Positions 33,681 through 44,100 of a stretch of DNA of 64,000 bases are shown here, piece by piece. The notes under the pieces were generated by a model, which ran no database searches, was not told the DNA's origin, and saw nothing but the letters and a program-made list of their open reading frames with translations. The first letter of the stretch is position 1, and each line of letters starts with the position of its first letter. Source of the stretch: a virus; IMG/VR virus record IMGVR_UViG_3300042154_000876, positions 1 to 64,000 of that record. One strand, written 5' to 3'. The translations under genes were made by a program, and so were the position numbers.

Positions 33681-35720
33681 GTGGACCAGATCAAGTCGCA
33701 GGTTGATAGCCTGTCTGAGCTGAACGACGAACAAGTCGCAGCTCTACAAGAAGCTATCGTAGGCGAGTTTGAATCGTTCGAGTCCCAGGAGACTTCTGTC
33801 GAGTCAGTTGACGCTATGACAACCCTAGCCGATATGCTGGACACCGTCAAAGGTGAAGTTCAGCGCCGCGAGGCAGCTATGCAGGAGCTCACATCTCGAG
33901 CTGCTGAAGCTGCAATGCGTGTAAAGGGCGAGGATGTCCAGGAGGATGGCATGGAGGAAGAAATTCCTGCCGAGCCAGCCGAAGACATGCCTATGGAAGA
34001 AGATGGCGAAATGCCTGAAGCTCCAGAGGTAGTTGAAGAAGCTCCTGCAGAAGAGGACGAGGAAAAGAAGAAGAAAGACATGAAGTCTTATTCCACCACC
34101 GAGTCTGCTGACGCGTCTACTACTGCGATCGAAGGTTCTGAGTTTTCGAACGAAGAAGAAATCGCTGCTGAAACTGTAGTTGAGGAAGCTGTGGCTGAAG
34201 AGCCAGCTGCTGACGAAGCTGTTGAAGAAGCAACCCCAACAGAAGCTGTAGAGCTTTCTGTTGAAACCGAAGAAACCACCGTGGTTTCGGAGGAGGTCGT
34301 TGAGACCGAAGCTGAAGTTGAGACAGAGTTCTCGGCAGAAGCAGAAACAATTGAAACCGATAACGCTCTAGTAGTAGAGCAGGAAGAGCAGGCCCCCGTG
34401 ACCGCCGCAGCAGAACAGCCTTTCGAGGCCCCAGCTGACCGTCAGCCTGTACTCCAGGTTTCGGAGCCAGCTAAGGTAGCAATTACCGCTGGTGCCGACA
34501 TTCCTGGCTACACCGCTGGCAGCACCATCAATGACATGTACGAAGTAGCTTCGGCTATGGAAAAGCGTATCCACTCGCTTCGTCGTGTTAACGGTGGAGA
34601 TGGAGAGCAGCACATCGTTGCTTCCCTAACCACTCAGTACCCAGAGGAGCGCACCCTCGGAACCAACCCAGAAGAGAACCAGGCTAAGATTGATGCCGTT
34701 GTAGGCCAGGAAGCACTTGTTGCTTCTGGTGGTCACGCTGCACCATTCGAGGTTAAGTACGACATCTACGGTATTGGTTCGACTACTGTCCGCCCACTTC
34801 GCGACTCGCTTCCGAAGTTCCAGGCTGACCGTGGTGGTGTACGCTTCGTAACCCCACCTAGCTTTGCAGCTGGTACCTACGACAACGCTGTTAGCGTATG
34901 GACCTCAGCAAACGACTCAGCTGAAACTCCTAGCCCAGCAGCTAAGAGCTCGTTGACCGTTACTGCCGCTGCCGAGCAGACCGCTCAGACTGACGCTGTA
35001 ACCTTGCAGCTACAGTTCGGTAACCTAATGACCCGTGCCTACCCAGAGCTAATCTCTCGTCACAACGAGCTAGCTCTAGTTCAGCACGCTCGTGAGGCTG
35101 AAGAGTACCTAGTAAGCAAGATCAACTCAGGTTCGACTGCTGTTACAACCACCAACCTAATCGGTTTTGGTCGTGACTTCCTAGTTCAGATCCGCCGCGC
35201 TGCAGTTGCTTACCGTAGCCGTCACCGCATCGACCCAAGCACTCAGCTACAGGCTGTAATTCCTTTCTGGGTGTACGATGCTATGGCTGCTGACCTAACC
35301 CTATCGATGCCTGGTGACGGAACCCTTTCGGTTGCTAAGTCAGAAATCGACGGTTACCTATCGCACAGCAACGTTACCATCACCCCTGTTATGGACAACA
35401 CAAACAGCACTTCGCCTTCTTCGGTCTTTGGATCGCAGTCGGCTGCAGCTCTGCTTGAGTTCCCAGACAGCTTCAAGTGGTTCCTATTCGCTGAGGGTAC
35501 ATTCTTGTTCCTCGACGGTGGTACTCTTGACCTAGGTATCATCCGCGACAGCACACTAGTCGGTACAAACGACTACAAGATGTTCATCGAAACCTTCGAA
35601 GGTATCGCAAAGGTAGGTATCGAGTCTCTCGCTATCACCTCGACCATCTCGATCAACGGTGTTGCTGCTGCACTACGCGACACCACAGGCAACACTGCTG
35701 CCGCTACTATCGAGCTCTAA
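33681..35720 (+). CDS. Major capsid protein (hexamer type) with fused N-terminal scaffold
   Basis: Coiled-coil, highly acidic N-terminal ~240 aa, then ITAGADIPG, ALVASGGHAAP..YD, LPKFQADRGG, FGNL..RAYPEL and GTFLFLDGGTLDLGIIRDSTL..TNDY..F.ETFEG. Confidence 0.85.
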   Translation: MDQIKSQVDSLSELNDEQVAALQEAIVGEFESFESQETSVESVDAMTTLADMLDTVKGEVQRREAAMQELTSRAAEAAMRVKGEDVQEDGMEEEIPAEPAEDMPMEEDGEMPEAPEVVEEAPAEEDEEKKKKDMKSYSTTESADASTTAIEGSEFSNEEEIAAETVVEEAVAEEPAADEAVEEATPTEAVELSVETEETTVVSEEVVETEAEVETEFSAEAETIETDNALVVEQEEQAPVTAAAEQPFEAPADRQPVLQVSEPAKVAITAGADIPGYTAGSTINDMYEVASAMEKRIHSLRRVNGGDGEQHIVASLTTQYPEERTLGTNPEENQAKIDAVVGQEALVASGGHAAPFEVKYDIYGIGSTTVRPLRDSLPKFQADRGGVRFVTPPSFAAGTYDNAVSVWTSANDSAETPSPAAKSSLTVTAAAEQTAQTDAVTLQLQFGNLMTRAYPELISRHNELALVQHAREAEEYLVSKINSGSTAVTTTNLIGFGRDFLVQIRRAAVAYRSRHRIDPSTQLQAVIPFWVYDAMAADLTLSMPGDGTLSVAKSEIDGYLSHSNVTITPVMDNTNSTSPSSVFGSQSAAALLEFPDSFKWFLFAEGTFLFLDGGTLDLGIIRDSTLVGTNDYKMFIETFEGIAKVGIESLAITSTISINGVAAALRDTTGNTAAATIEL

Positions 35721-35748
35721 GCCTTAGTAGAAATAGCAGTATCGTTGA

Positions 35749-35772
35749 GGGGGGCCCGGAAACGGGTCCCCC
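35749..35772 (+). terminator. Strong GNRA-capped stem-loop after the MCP (terminator or mRNA stabiliser)
   Basis: GGGGGGCCCG-GAAA-CGGGTCCCCC with no clear U-tract. Confidence 0.6.
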
Positions 35773-35813
35773 AATACGAAATCAAATAGACTTTTAAACT
35801 TTAAGGATCAGAA

Positions 35814-36899
35814 GTGGCTCTTCCAAAGAACGGTGTTATCGAAGCACCGAAGATTGTGCCTTCGGCATTTGGCCTACTCGCTGTAGTTGACACAACTACA
35901 GCTGAAGAAAATCGTTGGATCCGTGGTTTCTCTCAGGAATGGGAAACAGACCTATACGCTCTCTACAACGTAGATGACACCGATGGTACCGAGATCCAGC
36001 TTGCTGGTGCAGGTAACGTAAACTACTACGACGAAATCAAACCTTTCTTTGTTGAGGTCCAAGAAGACCGTTCAACTTTTGCTTTTCTAGGTCTTGACCG
36101 CCTAGAGCGAATCAAGCGTCAGTGTGACGCTGCCACCCAGCGCGCTGTTGAAGAAGAGCTTTGGGATGGAGCCATTCGCATTGGCGAGTCTCACGGAAAC
36201 CGCGCACTAGTTTCTTCGGGCGTGTCAGTATTGGATGGTACTGGACTTTCAGCAAAGCGTGCTTTGGCTATCCTTGAGCACGGAATTGCATCTGCTTCTC
36301 ACGCAGGCGAGCAAGGCATTATCCACGCTACCCGCGACATTGTTGCACTACTTTCAAGCAACTCAAACATGCTTTTCCACGAGAAGGAAAAAGACCACCT
36401 ACAGACCATGGGCGGCACTCCTGTTGTCGTAGGCTCTGGTTATACTGGAAACGGTCCTCGCATTGATGCTGCCACTGCAACCATCTCGAGCAGCACAACA
36501 CTAACCATTAACACCTCTGCTGCTCACTACCTTCTAGCTGGAGACACAGTTACGTACTCAGTTGTTGGTGCAAATATCAACCAAACCGGTACCGGCACTG
36601 TTGCCACTAAGGTCGACGCTGACACAATTACAATCACGATTTCAAGTACCACTAACCGTACTCAAGAAGCGGTTACTGGCTACGTGCAGATGGTAGGAAC
36701 CAACTCTGCAAAATGGATTTACGCTACTGGCACCGTCCGAGTATTCCTCGGTGATGTCGATATCGTAAACGACAGTCTAAGCCAAGCTTACGACGTGTCG
36801 GGTAACGCGAATGACATGCGTGTTAAAGCAATCCGCCCTGCTGCGGCTTTCTTTGACACATCCATCCACCTAGCTGTTCGGGTCGACCTAACAGCCTAA
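35814..36899 (+). CDS. Second capsid protein (pentamer type) with an inserted beta-barrel domain
   Basis: Directly after the MCP. PSAFGLLAV..RWIRG, VEEELWDG and WIYATG.V motifs, with insert TSAAHYLLAGDTVTY. Confidence 0.6.
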   Translation: MALPKNGVIEAPKIVPSAFGLLAVVDTTTAEENRWIRGFSQEWETDLYALYNVDDTDGTEIQLAGAGNVNYYDEIKPFFVEVQEDRSTFAFLGLDRLERIKRQCDAATQRAVEEELWDGAIRIGESHGNRALVSSGVSVLDGTGLSAKRALAILEHGIASASHAGEQGIIHATRDIVALLSSNSNMLFHEKEKDHLQTMGGTPVVVGSGYTGNGPRIDAATATISSSTTLTINTSAAHYLLAGDTVTYSVVGANINQTGTGTVATKVDADTITITISSTTNRTQEAVTGYVQMVGTNSAKWIYATGTVRVFLGDVDIVNDSLSQAYDVSGNANDMRVKAIRPAAAFFDTSIHLAVRVDLTA

Positions 36900-36917
36900 C
36901 CTAAGGAGAATAGCTTT

Positions 36918-38006
36918 ATGGCTACTCAAGAATATGCAGCCAGCATTCAGGGTGTGTCGATCCGCGTCACTCGTCTGAACGCCGACGGCTCACTAAGCAC
37001 AACTGCAGGCGACAGTTACGTAACTTCCGCCTTCATGCGTGTATCTTTCACCCCAGAGTATGAAGAGGGCGACGAGATCACAGAAAAGAACGCTAACGGC
37101 GTTGTTTGTGTGACCTACAAGTCTCCAGACACTCTAAAGCGTATCACCATGGAACTTGCTATCTGTGAACCAGATGCAGAACTTAGCAACCTAATCTCGG
37201 GCGGTCTACTTCTTCGCAAGAACCTAGGCACCTACGCAAACCCAAACAACAAGTCAATCGGTTGGGCCGCTCCAGGCGTTGGCGATGACCCTGCTGGTTT
37301 CGGTGTTGCTATCGAAGCTTGGTCACACGCTATCAAGGACGGTAAGAAGAGCTCGACTCTTCCTTACTTCCACTGGGTATTCCCATACGCTAAGCTCCGC
37401 CAGTCGGGCGACCGCGTAATCGAAAACGGTATGCTTGCAACTACATTCGAAGGCTACGGCCTTGGAAACGTTGAGTTCGGTTCGGGTCCTGACGGCCGCT
37501 GGGAGTTCCCAGTTGCTTCAGAGCGTCCTTACTCTTACGCACGTACCACTTGGGCTCCAGTTGGTCTAAACGGTTTCTACACTTGGACCGATGGCTCAGC
37601 TACCGACGAGTTCGTTGTCACCAACATTGCTCTTACCAGCAACGTTGCCACCCTTACCTACACCGGTTCGGCTAACGCCATCTCCGTTGGTGACCAGATT
37701 CTGGTTTCGGGTATCGATGAGACATTCAACACCGTTGGTGCTAGCTACGTAACTGTGTCGGCTCGTACAAGCAACACCCTCAGCTACGCTAAGGTTGCTA
37801 ATGCTGTTAGCTCGACTGCTGCTCCTACTGGTGCTGCAGTTACAGTTATCAACCCGATTGCTGCTGAAGCCCCTGCCTACACCGCAGTCACTGACTTCAG
37901 TGCTCAGGGCTCTGGTACGGCATACAACGTTCCTGGTAACGTCAACTTCAACGCTGACAACACCGTGGACCGTATTATCGCTTCTAACGAAGACCCAACT
38001 GCTTAA
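36918..38006 (+). CDS. Major tail protein with C-terminal accessory beta domain
   Basis: SIQGVSIRVTRL, FTPEYEEGDEITEKNANG.VCV, LAICEPD and YFHWVFP. AAGGAG RBS. Confidence 0.75.
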   Translation: MATQEYAASIQGVSIRVTRLNADGSLSTTAGDSYVTSAFMRVSFTPEYEEGDEITEKNANGVVCVTYKSPDTLKRITMELAICEPDAELSNLISGGLLLRKNLGTYANPNNKSIGWAAPGVGDDPAGFGVAIEAWSHAIKDGKKSSTLPYFHWVFPYAKLRQSGDRVIENGMLATTFEGYGLGNVEFGSGPDGRWEFPVASERPYSYARTTWAPVGLNGFYTWTDGSATDEFVVTNIALTSNVATLTYTGSANAISVGDQILVSGIDETFNTVGASYVTVSARTSNTLSYAKVANAVSSTAAPTGAAVTVINPIAAEAPAYTAVTDFSAQGSGTAYNVPGNVNFNADNTVDRIIASNEDPTA

Positions 38007-38023
38007 TAGCAGAAACTGATGAA

Positions 38024-38064
38024 GGCGGCGTGCCTTGGTGTGCGAGACATGCCAGCACGCCGCC
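38024..38064 (+). terminator. Long stem-loop after the major tail gene
   Basis: GGCGGCGTGC (38024-33) / GCACGCCGCC (38055-64). Confidence 0.55.
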
Positions 38065-38090
38065 AGATTCATATCTAGGAAGAAAGACTT

Positions 38091-39203
38091 ATGGGAACTG
38101 CACTATGGATCCAGCCGAGTGAGCTGGGTAGTTATGCAAACACTGAGTTCGCTCAGGAGGCTTGCGAGACTGCGTCATTCCTACTCTGGGCAATGTCTGG
38201 TCGTAAGTATACTGGCGAAGTCACTGTAACTGAGCGTTACGTCTGTGCTAAGCGCGCTTACCGCATGGGGCCTTCTTCCAAAAACTACTATGGCGTTCTT
38301 ATTGCCGGTGAAGTTTACAATATCCCGATTACCGACTTCCAGGAATACGCTGAGTTGGTTTCGGATGGCCTCTCTCCCGAGTCCCGCATTAGATTGCGCG
38401 GTCGTCCTGTAACTAAGATCCACACTGTACGCACCCGTGACGGCCGTATTCTTGATCCAAGCAGCTACTATCTAGTAGACCACTCCACTCTTCAGGCTGC
38501 CGCCGGAGTTCCTTGGACTCCTTGTAACGTTGAGATCACCTACACCTACGGCTCTACTATCCCTGCTTCTGGCAAGATGGCTGCTCGTACTCTTGCTATG
38601 GAGTTTGCAAAGCTTTGGGCTGGAGACGAAGATTGTGCCCTGCCCCAGCGCGTAACATCCATTTCTCGCCAGGGCGTATCCTACACACTTCTAGACTCCC
38701 AGGACTTCATTGACGACGTCCGCACCGGACTCTACGCAGTTGACCTTTTCCTAAAGACCGTAAACCCAGACAAGGCTCGCGCTAAGTCTCGTGTCTTCTC
38801 GCCTGACGTTCCTCGCGCTCGCCGCTACACCCCGAAGAGTTTGGCTCTAGCAGCTAACGCAAACTTTGACATAAGTGTTGTCAAAACTACGGCTGCTTCG
38901 TGGACCTCGGTTGGCAAAGTTGGGGCCGACGTTTCCATCTTCTTCGATGAGGCCGGTTGGACTCCACTTCTAACTATTAGAAACAACTCTGGAAATAAGG
39001 CTTTAGATATTGACTCTAGCTACGTAACAACTAACGTCGCTGCAGAGTCTGTGTCTTTCAGCGTCACATACGATGACGCTTACAAAACACTGGGAATGGT
39101 TGACCCAGGCACATGGACCCTATACGCGACAAAGACCGTTGGTGGTATTGAGACCGTATCGGAGCTTGAAACTGGTAACCTCCAGATCAAGTTGTACAAC
39201 TAG
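38091..39203 (+). CDS. Head-to-tail adaptor
   Basis: LLWAMSGRKY and CALPQRVTSISRQGVSY..TGLYAVDLFL..VNP pattern, in the expected position. Confidence 0.65.
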   Translation: MGTALWIQPSELGSYANTEFAQEACETASFLLWAMSGRKYTGEVTVTERYVCAKRAYRMGPSSKNYYGVLIAGEVYNIPITDFQEYAELVSDGLSPESRIRLRGRPVTKIHTVRTRDGRILDPSSYYLVDHSTLQAAAGVPWTPCNVEITYTYGSTIPASGKMAARTLAMEFAKLWAGDEDCALPQRVTSISRQGVSYTLLDSQDFIDDVRTGLYAVDLFLKTVNPDKARAKSRVFSPDVPRARRYTPKSLALAANANFDISVVKTTAASWTSVGKVGADVSIFFDEAGWTPLLTIRNNSGNKALDIDSSYVTTNVAAESVSFSVTYDDAYKTLGMVDPGTWTLYATKTVGGIETVSELETGNLQIKLYN

Positions 39204-39219
39204 GAAAGATAGGTAAGTA

Positions 39220-39417
39220 ATGTCAGGAATTCAGACAAACTTCCGTGCAGAAGACATGCTTGGTGGTGCAAAGCAGGAGGTTGTAGCCCCTAAGAAGGTT
39301 GCTGCTCCGAAGGTTGCCCCTAAGAAGGTCGAAGCTGTAGTAGAGGCTCCTGTAGTAGAAGAGGTCGTTGTACCTGTTGCTGCTGAAGAGCCAGCTGCTG
39401 AAGAAGCCGGAGAATAA
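39220..39417 (+). CDS. Small hypothetical protein (Lys/Glu/Ala/Pro-rich)
   Basis: 65-aa ORF that fills the gap in the operon. Confidence 0.55.
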   Translation: MSGIQTNFRAEDMLGGAKQEVVAPKKVAAPKVAPKKVEAVVEAPVVEEVVVPVAAEEPAAEEAGE

Positions 39418-39422
39418 CCAAA

Positions 39423-39929
39423 ATGGCGATGGCAGTGGATATTAGTGACATCCATGAGGATGCTCTCAATCTGAGAGATATGATGAACGGAATACTTGAA
39501 AAGGTATGCTCCGTTTTTCAGTCATATAATATTCCACTGCCTAATCGTCGTTACTGGACAATGGGGACCCCTGTTGTCGACTGTGATCAGGTCGTGGTCT
39601 CCCTAAACTCCCTATACCTAGGCGCTCCAGGCTCTCCAGTAAGTGAGCCTATGCGTTGTAACATGCCTAGAACCGCAACTGTTACTATCAGTATTGCTCG
39701 CGGTGTCCCTGTTGTTGGCGTTAACGGACGTCCGCCATCAGCAGAAAAAATTGAAGAAGCTTCTTACATCTCGTCCATCGACGCCTGGGTTCTAATGATG
39801 TCCCTAAACTTATTTGACCAGTGGGACGATGGAAGCTACGGACTTGGTGTTATTGCCAACGTTGACGTACTTGAGCCCGAGGGCGGATTTCAGATTGTCA
39901 GCATGGAGCTTACGCTGGCGGTGCCATAG
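39423..39929 (+). CDS. Putative tail completion/terminator protein
   Basis: 168 aa in the neck-tail position. Function inferred from synteny only. Confidence 0.45.
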   Translation: MAMAVDISDIHEDALNLRDMMNGILEKVCSVFQSYNIPLPNRRYWTMGTPVVDCDQVVVSLNSLYLGAPGSPVSEPMRCNMPRTATVTISIARGVPVVGVNGRPPSAEKIEEASYISSIDAWVLMMSLNLFDQWDDGSYGLGVIANVDVLEPEGGFQIVSMELTLAVP

Positions 39930-40351
39930 TGGCTAAGGTGAGAATGCAGATCAATACGAGAGTATTGGATCGAGTACTAAACAACCCTAAAGGTGAGCTG
40001 GGCGTAGAGCTATACAAAAGAGCTAAACGTATGGCTCGCCACGCAAAGAATCAAGCTCCGATTGGGAGCGGTCCAACGGCCGGAAGACTTAAAAGGTCTA
40101 TCAAGGTCTATCGTCACGAACGCTACACTAAGGGCCAGACTATACGAATAGGTACATCTGTCTCGTATGCGCCTTATGTCCACGAGGGCACTAGACCCCA
40201 CTTAATCTTGCCTAAGAATCCCGCTGGTGCTTTGAAGTTCGTGCCGAAGGGCGGAACCATGGTTATTGTTACCAAACGAGTCAAACATCCTGGATCTCGT
40301 CCGAATCGCTTCCTCACGGATAATGTAAAATATATATATCTGCCTGGATAG
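39929..40351 (+). CDS. HK97 gp10-like neck/tail component
   Basis: Basic protein with AP..GRLKRSI..YAPYVHEGTRPH..HPG..PNRFL. Confidence 0.6.
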   Translation: MAKVRMQINTRVLDRVLNNPKGELGVELYKRAKRMARHAKNQAPIGSGPTAGRLKRSIKVYRHERYTKGQTIRIGTSVSYAPYVHEGTRPHLILPKNPAGALKFVPKGGTMVIVTKRVKHPGSRPNRFLTDNVKYIYLPG

Positions 40352-40387
40352 TCCGGGTTGATTGTCTATTAGGAAGAAAATACAAAG

Positions 40388-40723
40388 ATGGCTAGATTCA
40401 AAGATTTCGGCTCGGGCGATAGCGCCAATGCTGAACCAATCGTATTCAAACTTTATGGTGAAGAGTTCACCTGTATCCCGTCGATCCAGGGCAAGGTTTT
40501 GCTAGAGATCGTTTCGGACTCAGCGTCGGATGACGTTGTAAAGTCTAGTGCAGTAACTCTGCGCTTTTTCCGCAGTGTCCTTAACCACGACAGCATGGTT
40601 CGTTTCGACGCATTGCTAGACAGCAAGGAAACTGTTGTATCTCTTGAAACACTGACTGATATCTCAGCTTGGTTGATCGAGGAGTACACAAGCCGCCCGG
40701 AAGCGCAGCCAGAGGCCTCCTAG
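40388..40723 (+). CDS. Tail assembly chaperone
   Basis: 111 aa, two genes upstream of the tape measure, ending in EEYTSRP... Confidence 0.65.
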   Translation: MARFKDFGSGDSANAEPIVFKLYGEEFTCIPSIQGKVLLEIVSDSASDDVVKSSAVTLRFFRSVLNHDSMVRFDALLDSKETVVSLETLTDISAWLIEEYTSRPEAQPEAS

Positions 40724-41133
40724 ACTGGGGGATGCACCTCTGGCCATATGTTAATGGCAAAGGATTAGCGCATGGATTACGTCTGGCAGAGATGGATGCA
40801 TCAGACATGCTAGACGTAATTCACTACTTCTTTGAGGACGACTATCGATACTCTACTAATGAAGAGTCCATCTACAAAGATGAGTTCAGAAAGAGTTTCT
40901 ATAGCCGAGTATACAACTACACATACAGGTACGCCTCTGAGGAGAGAGAATCATCTCAATCCTATAGGGACTTTGATGCAGAGTTGGACAGCTCTACGGA
41001 CGAGCCGGAAGAAATAATTCAACCGTTTAGTCCTAGGGAGCAAAAGGCTACTAAAGCCTTTGTTGAAGCTACCCCGATCGTCGGGGACGAGATTAAGCCT
41101 TTTGGCTCAATCTTAGATGGACCGATTGGTTAG
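40669..41133 (+). CDS. Tail assembly chaperone second reading frame (possible frameshift extension; start uncertain)
   Basis: Open in the -1 frame relative to 40388..40723, overlaps its 3' end, and lies directly before the tape measure. Confidence 0.5.
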   Translation: MVDRGVHKPPGSAARGLLDWGMHLWPYVNGKGLAHGLRLAEMDASDMLDVIHYFFEDDYRYSTNEESIYKDEFRKSFYSRVYNYTYRYASEERESSQSYRDFDAELDSSTDEPEEIIQPFSPREQKATKAFVEATPIVGDEIKPFGSILDGPIG

Positions 41134-41149
41134 GAGGTGAGTACAAAGT

Positions 41150-44100
41150 ATGGCCGACCTTAGAAATCAACTTGCCGAAATTTACGTAAAAGTTGTTGCT
41201 GACACGAAAGAGTCCGAAAAACGGGCTAGAGCTATAGCCAAAACTGAAAAAGAAACCGCTGAGGCGCAGCGTAAGCGCGCTGAGAGCGCTAAAAAAGTTC
41301 AAGAAGAAGTCGCCAGAAGCGGCGATAAAATATCTAAAAAGCAGCTAAAAGACATTTTAAAGCGGGCTGGTATTGAAGAAGTCTTCAATGCAGAGCAAAT
41401 TAAAATGATGGAAGATATGGCTAAGCGCAAAGAAAAAGATGCGAAATTTAGCGAAAAAGTAGCCGACAGACGTAAGCGTAAGCATGAGCTAGTCGAAGCC
41501 CATATTATGAACCTTATGACTAGGTTCAGGGACTACTCAGGTCGCCTCGATGACGAAGAACTAAAACTTAATAAGTCTCGCAATGCCCAAAAGCTGGCCA
41601 ACTACGAAAGTTTCCTAAAAAGAGCCAGTCACGAGCACAGCCGGTTTGCCACTCGTCTAGACCAGCGTGACATGACTGCCAGCACCCTAGAAAACATGCG
41701 CCGCGGTTTTGAAAAAGGTATTCTTATAAGCAACAAGTGGCACAAAGACGAGAACACTCTGCAGCGTATGAGCAGGTCTATTGGCATCATGGGTTCTGCG
41801 CTGAATAGAACTAAGAATGACTCTGAAATGGCCGCTAGTGCATTTGCCTCTCTGCAGCGCGTTAGCTACAACTTGCAAGCGCTTTTTGGCGTCCTCGGTG
41901 GGTCTATCGGCTCGCTTGGTGGCGGTCTGCTGTCTCTAATTGGCGTAGCCGGCCAAGCTGCCTACTCTCTAATAGCAGTAGGTAGCGCGTTTGCCAGCAT
42001 GGGCGCTGGTATGATTGCTGCTAGAGTTGCGCTTGGTGGTGTTGGCAAAGCGGTATCTGCAATGCTAGATCCGCAGAAAAAACTACAAGGAGCCCTAAGA
42101 AATACCAGGCGTGAGCTTAGAAACCTGCGCTTTGATGCAGAAGAGGCGGCTCTTTCTCAGGAAGAAGCTGCTATAAACCTAGAGAAGGCTCGTGAAGAGC
42201 TTGCTCGCGTTCAGGACCTGCCGCCGGACAGCCGAGTACGTCGAGAAACTGAACTACAATTTCAACAGGCTGAACTAAACTACCGTCGAGCAAAGGCTAG
42301 AAACAAAGAGGCCCGCGAGGACCTAAAGAAAGGTCCTGCCGGTTCTGGTACCGTTGACCCGCTGGCCGCCCTGACTAAGTCGCAAAAAGCTTTTGCTAAG
42401 TACCTAGTCACCCTTAAACCTTTAATGGATCAGCTAAAAGAGGCGGCGGCTAGCGGCTTCCTGCCTATTCTTCAGACCTCTATTCAGACTCTAGTTGATA
42501 AAGCATTTCCTACCCTACAGTCTGGATTAAACATTCTTGGAACTGCAATGGGAAATGCTTCCAAGAGTTTTGCTGACGCTTTCACAATGCCTAGAACTTT
42601 GGAGCAGCTAGACTCATTCTTCAAGAGCTCTAAACCAGTCATTGAGACATTTGGTCGAGCTCTTGGTAATGCCTTTAGCGGCCTACTAGGCGCTCTTAAA
42701 TCTGCTCAGCCTCTTACTGATAGGTTTGTTAAGTGGGTTGACACCCTTAGCGTTCGGTTCCAAATGTGGGGAAATAGTTCGGGACTTAAGTCGTTCCTAA
42801 ATCTATCCGGTGAAGTTGCTTCAAGGCTTGGTAAGACTTTTAGTACTGTCTTTGGTGGACTAAAGAATGTTCTTGATGCAACATTCCCTGGCGGAAACAT
42901 AAACGCTGGGGCCGGAGGAGTTCTTCTATCTTGGCTTCAAAAACTTGCTGATGGCTTTAAGTCATTCACTGGAAACACTCAGTTTGCCTCTTGGCTTAAG
43001 GCTACAACTCAAAATGCTACTACAATGCTTAGTTCTATTGGAACTCTACTAAAGCCGTTATTTGATATCGCTGCTATGCCAGAAATCGGTGAGTTCTGGA
43101 CCGTCCTTAAGGGTGCCGCTGAGCCTATTAAAAAGATGCTTGAGGATGGCGCTAAGGCTGGTCCAGAGTTTGCTGCAATGCTTGTTAGTATTGTAAAGAT
43201 GTTTGCTCAGTTCTCGGACTCGGGTGCCCTAGAGGCCTTCTTTAATACCCTGAACCAGATTGCTACGGTAATCACGGAATACATTCTTAAACCTTTAAAG
43301 CCAGTCTTAGATTTCTGGGGACGTATTCACGGTGCGTTACTTGCAGTTGGTTTGGCCATCATCGTTGCTAAAACTACTCTAATGGTTATGGCCGGAATTG
43401 TTGGCAACGTGTTTGGTGCTATCGGAAAAACCTCCGCAGCTATGACCAAGTTTGCTGTAGTAACCACAACGGCTACACTAAGATATAAAGGTCTCAGAAA
43501 AGAAGGATTAAGTGCCGGCGCAGCTGTCAAGGGCGTTAGCGATCAATTTGTGAAAACAGTAAGGCAAGCTCAGGCTACCAGGCGAGCTGCTCTACTAGTT
43601 CAAATGGCTAGAGATGCCGGTATGTCTGCTGCAAAACTCAAGCAGCTTGAAAAGCAGCTTGACCAAGTTATTATGAAGCAGGGAATCTACAGCAGGTCTG
43701 GAATGATCGGCGCTGTTCAAGGTCAAACTACTAAGGCCGGTAAGCCAACAGCACTGGCTCAGGATCCTGCACTGGCAGCAGCTGGTAAAGTGGGTGGCTC
43801 TAGATTTGCTGGAGGCCGTGCAGCAGTCGGTCTTGGCGGCGGAGCCTTAGCTCTCGGTAGCATGGCTGGCACTGGTGGTAGTGCTTTAACTACCGGGCTT
43901 GGTATGGCTTCTATGGTTGCCTCTTTCCTACCGGGACCGCTTGGTCTTATCTCCGGCGCTGTTCTTGGTATCGGTAGTGCCATTTCTTCTGGATTTGACG
44001 CTGCAGCTCAGGCGGAAAAAGAGAAAAAAGACGCTGAAAAGCAGAAAAAAATTCAAATCGAGGCTGCGCGTGTTGATCTTCAAGCCGAAAATGTTAATCA

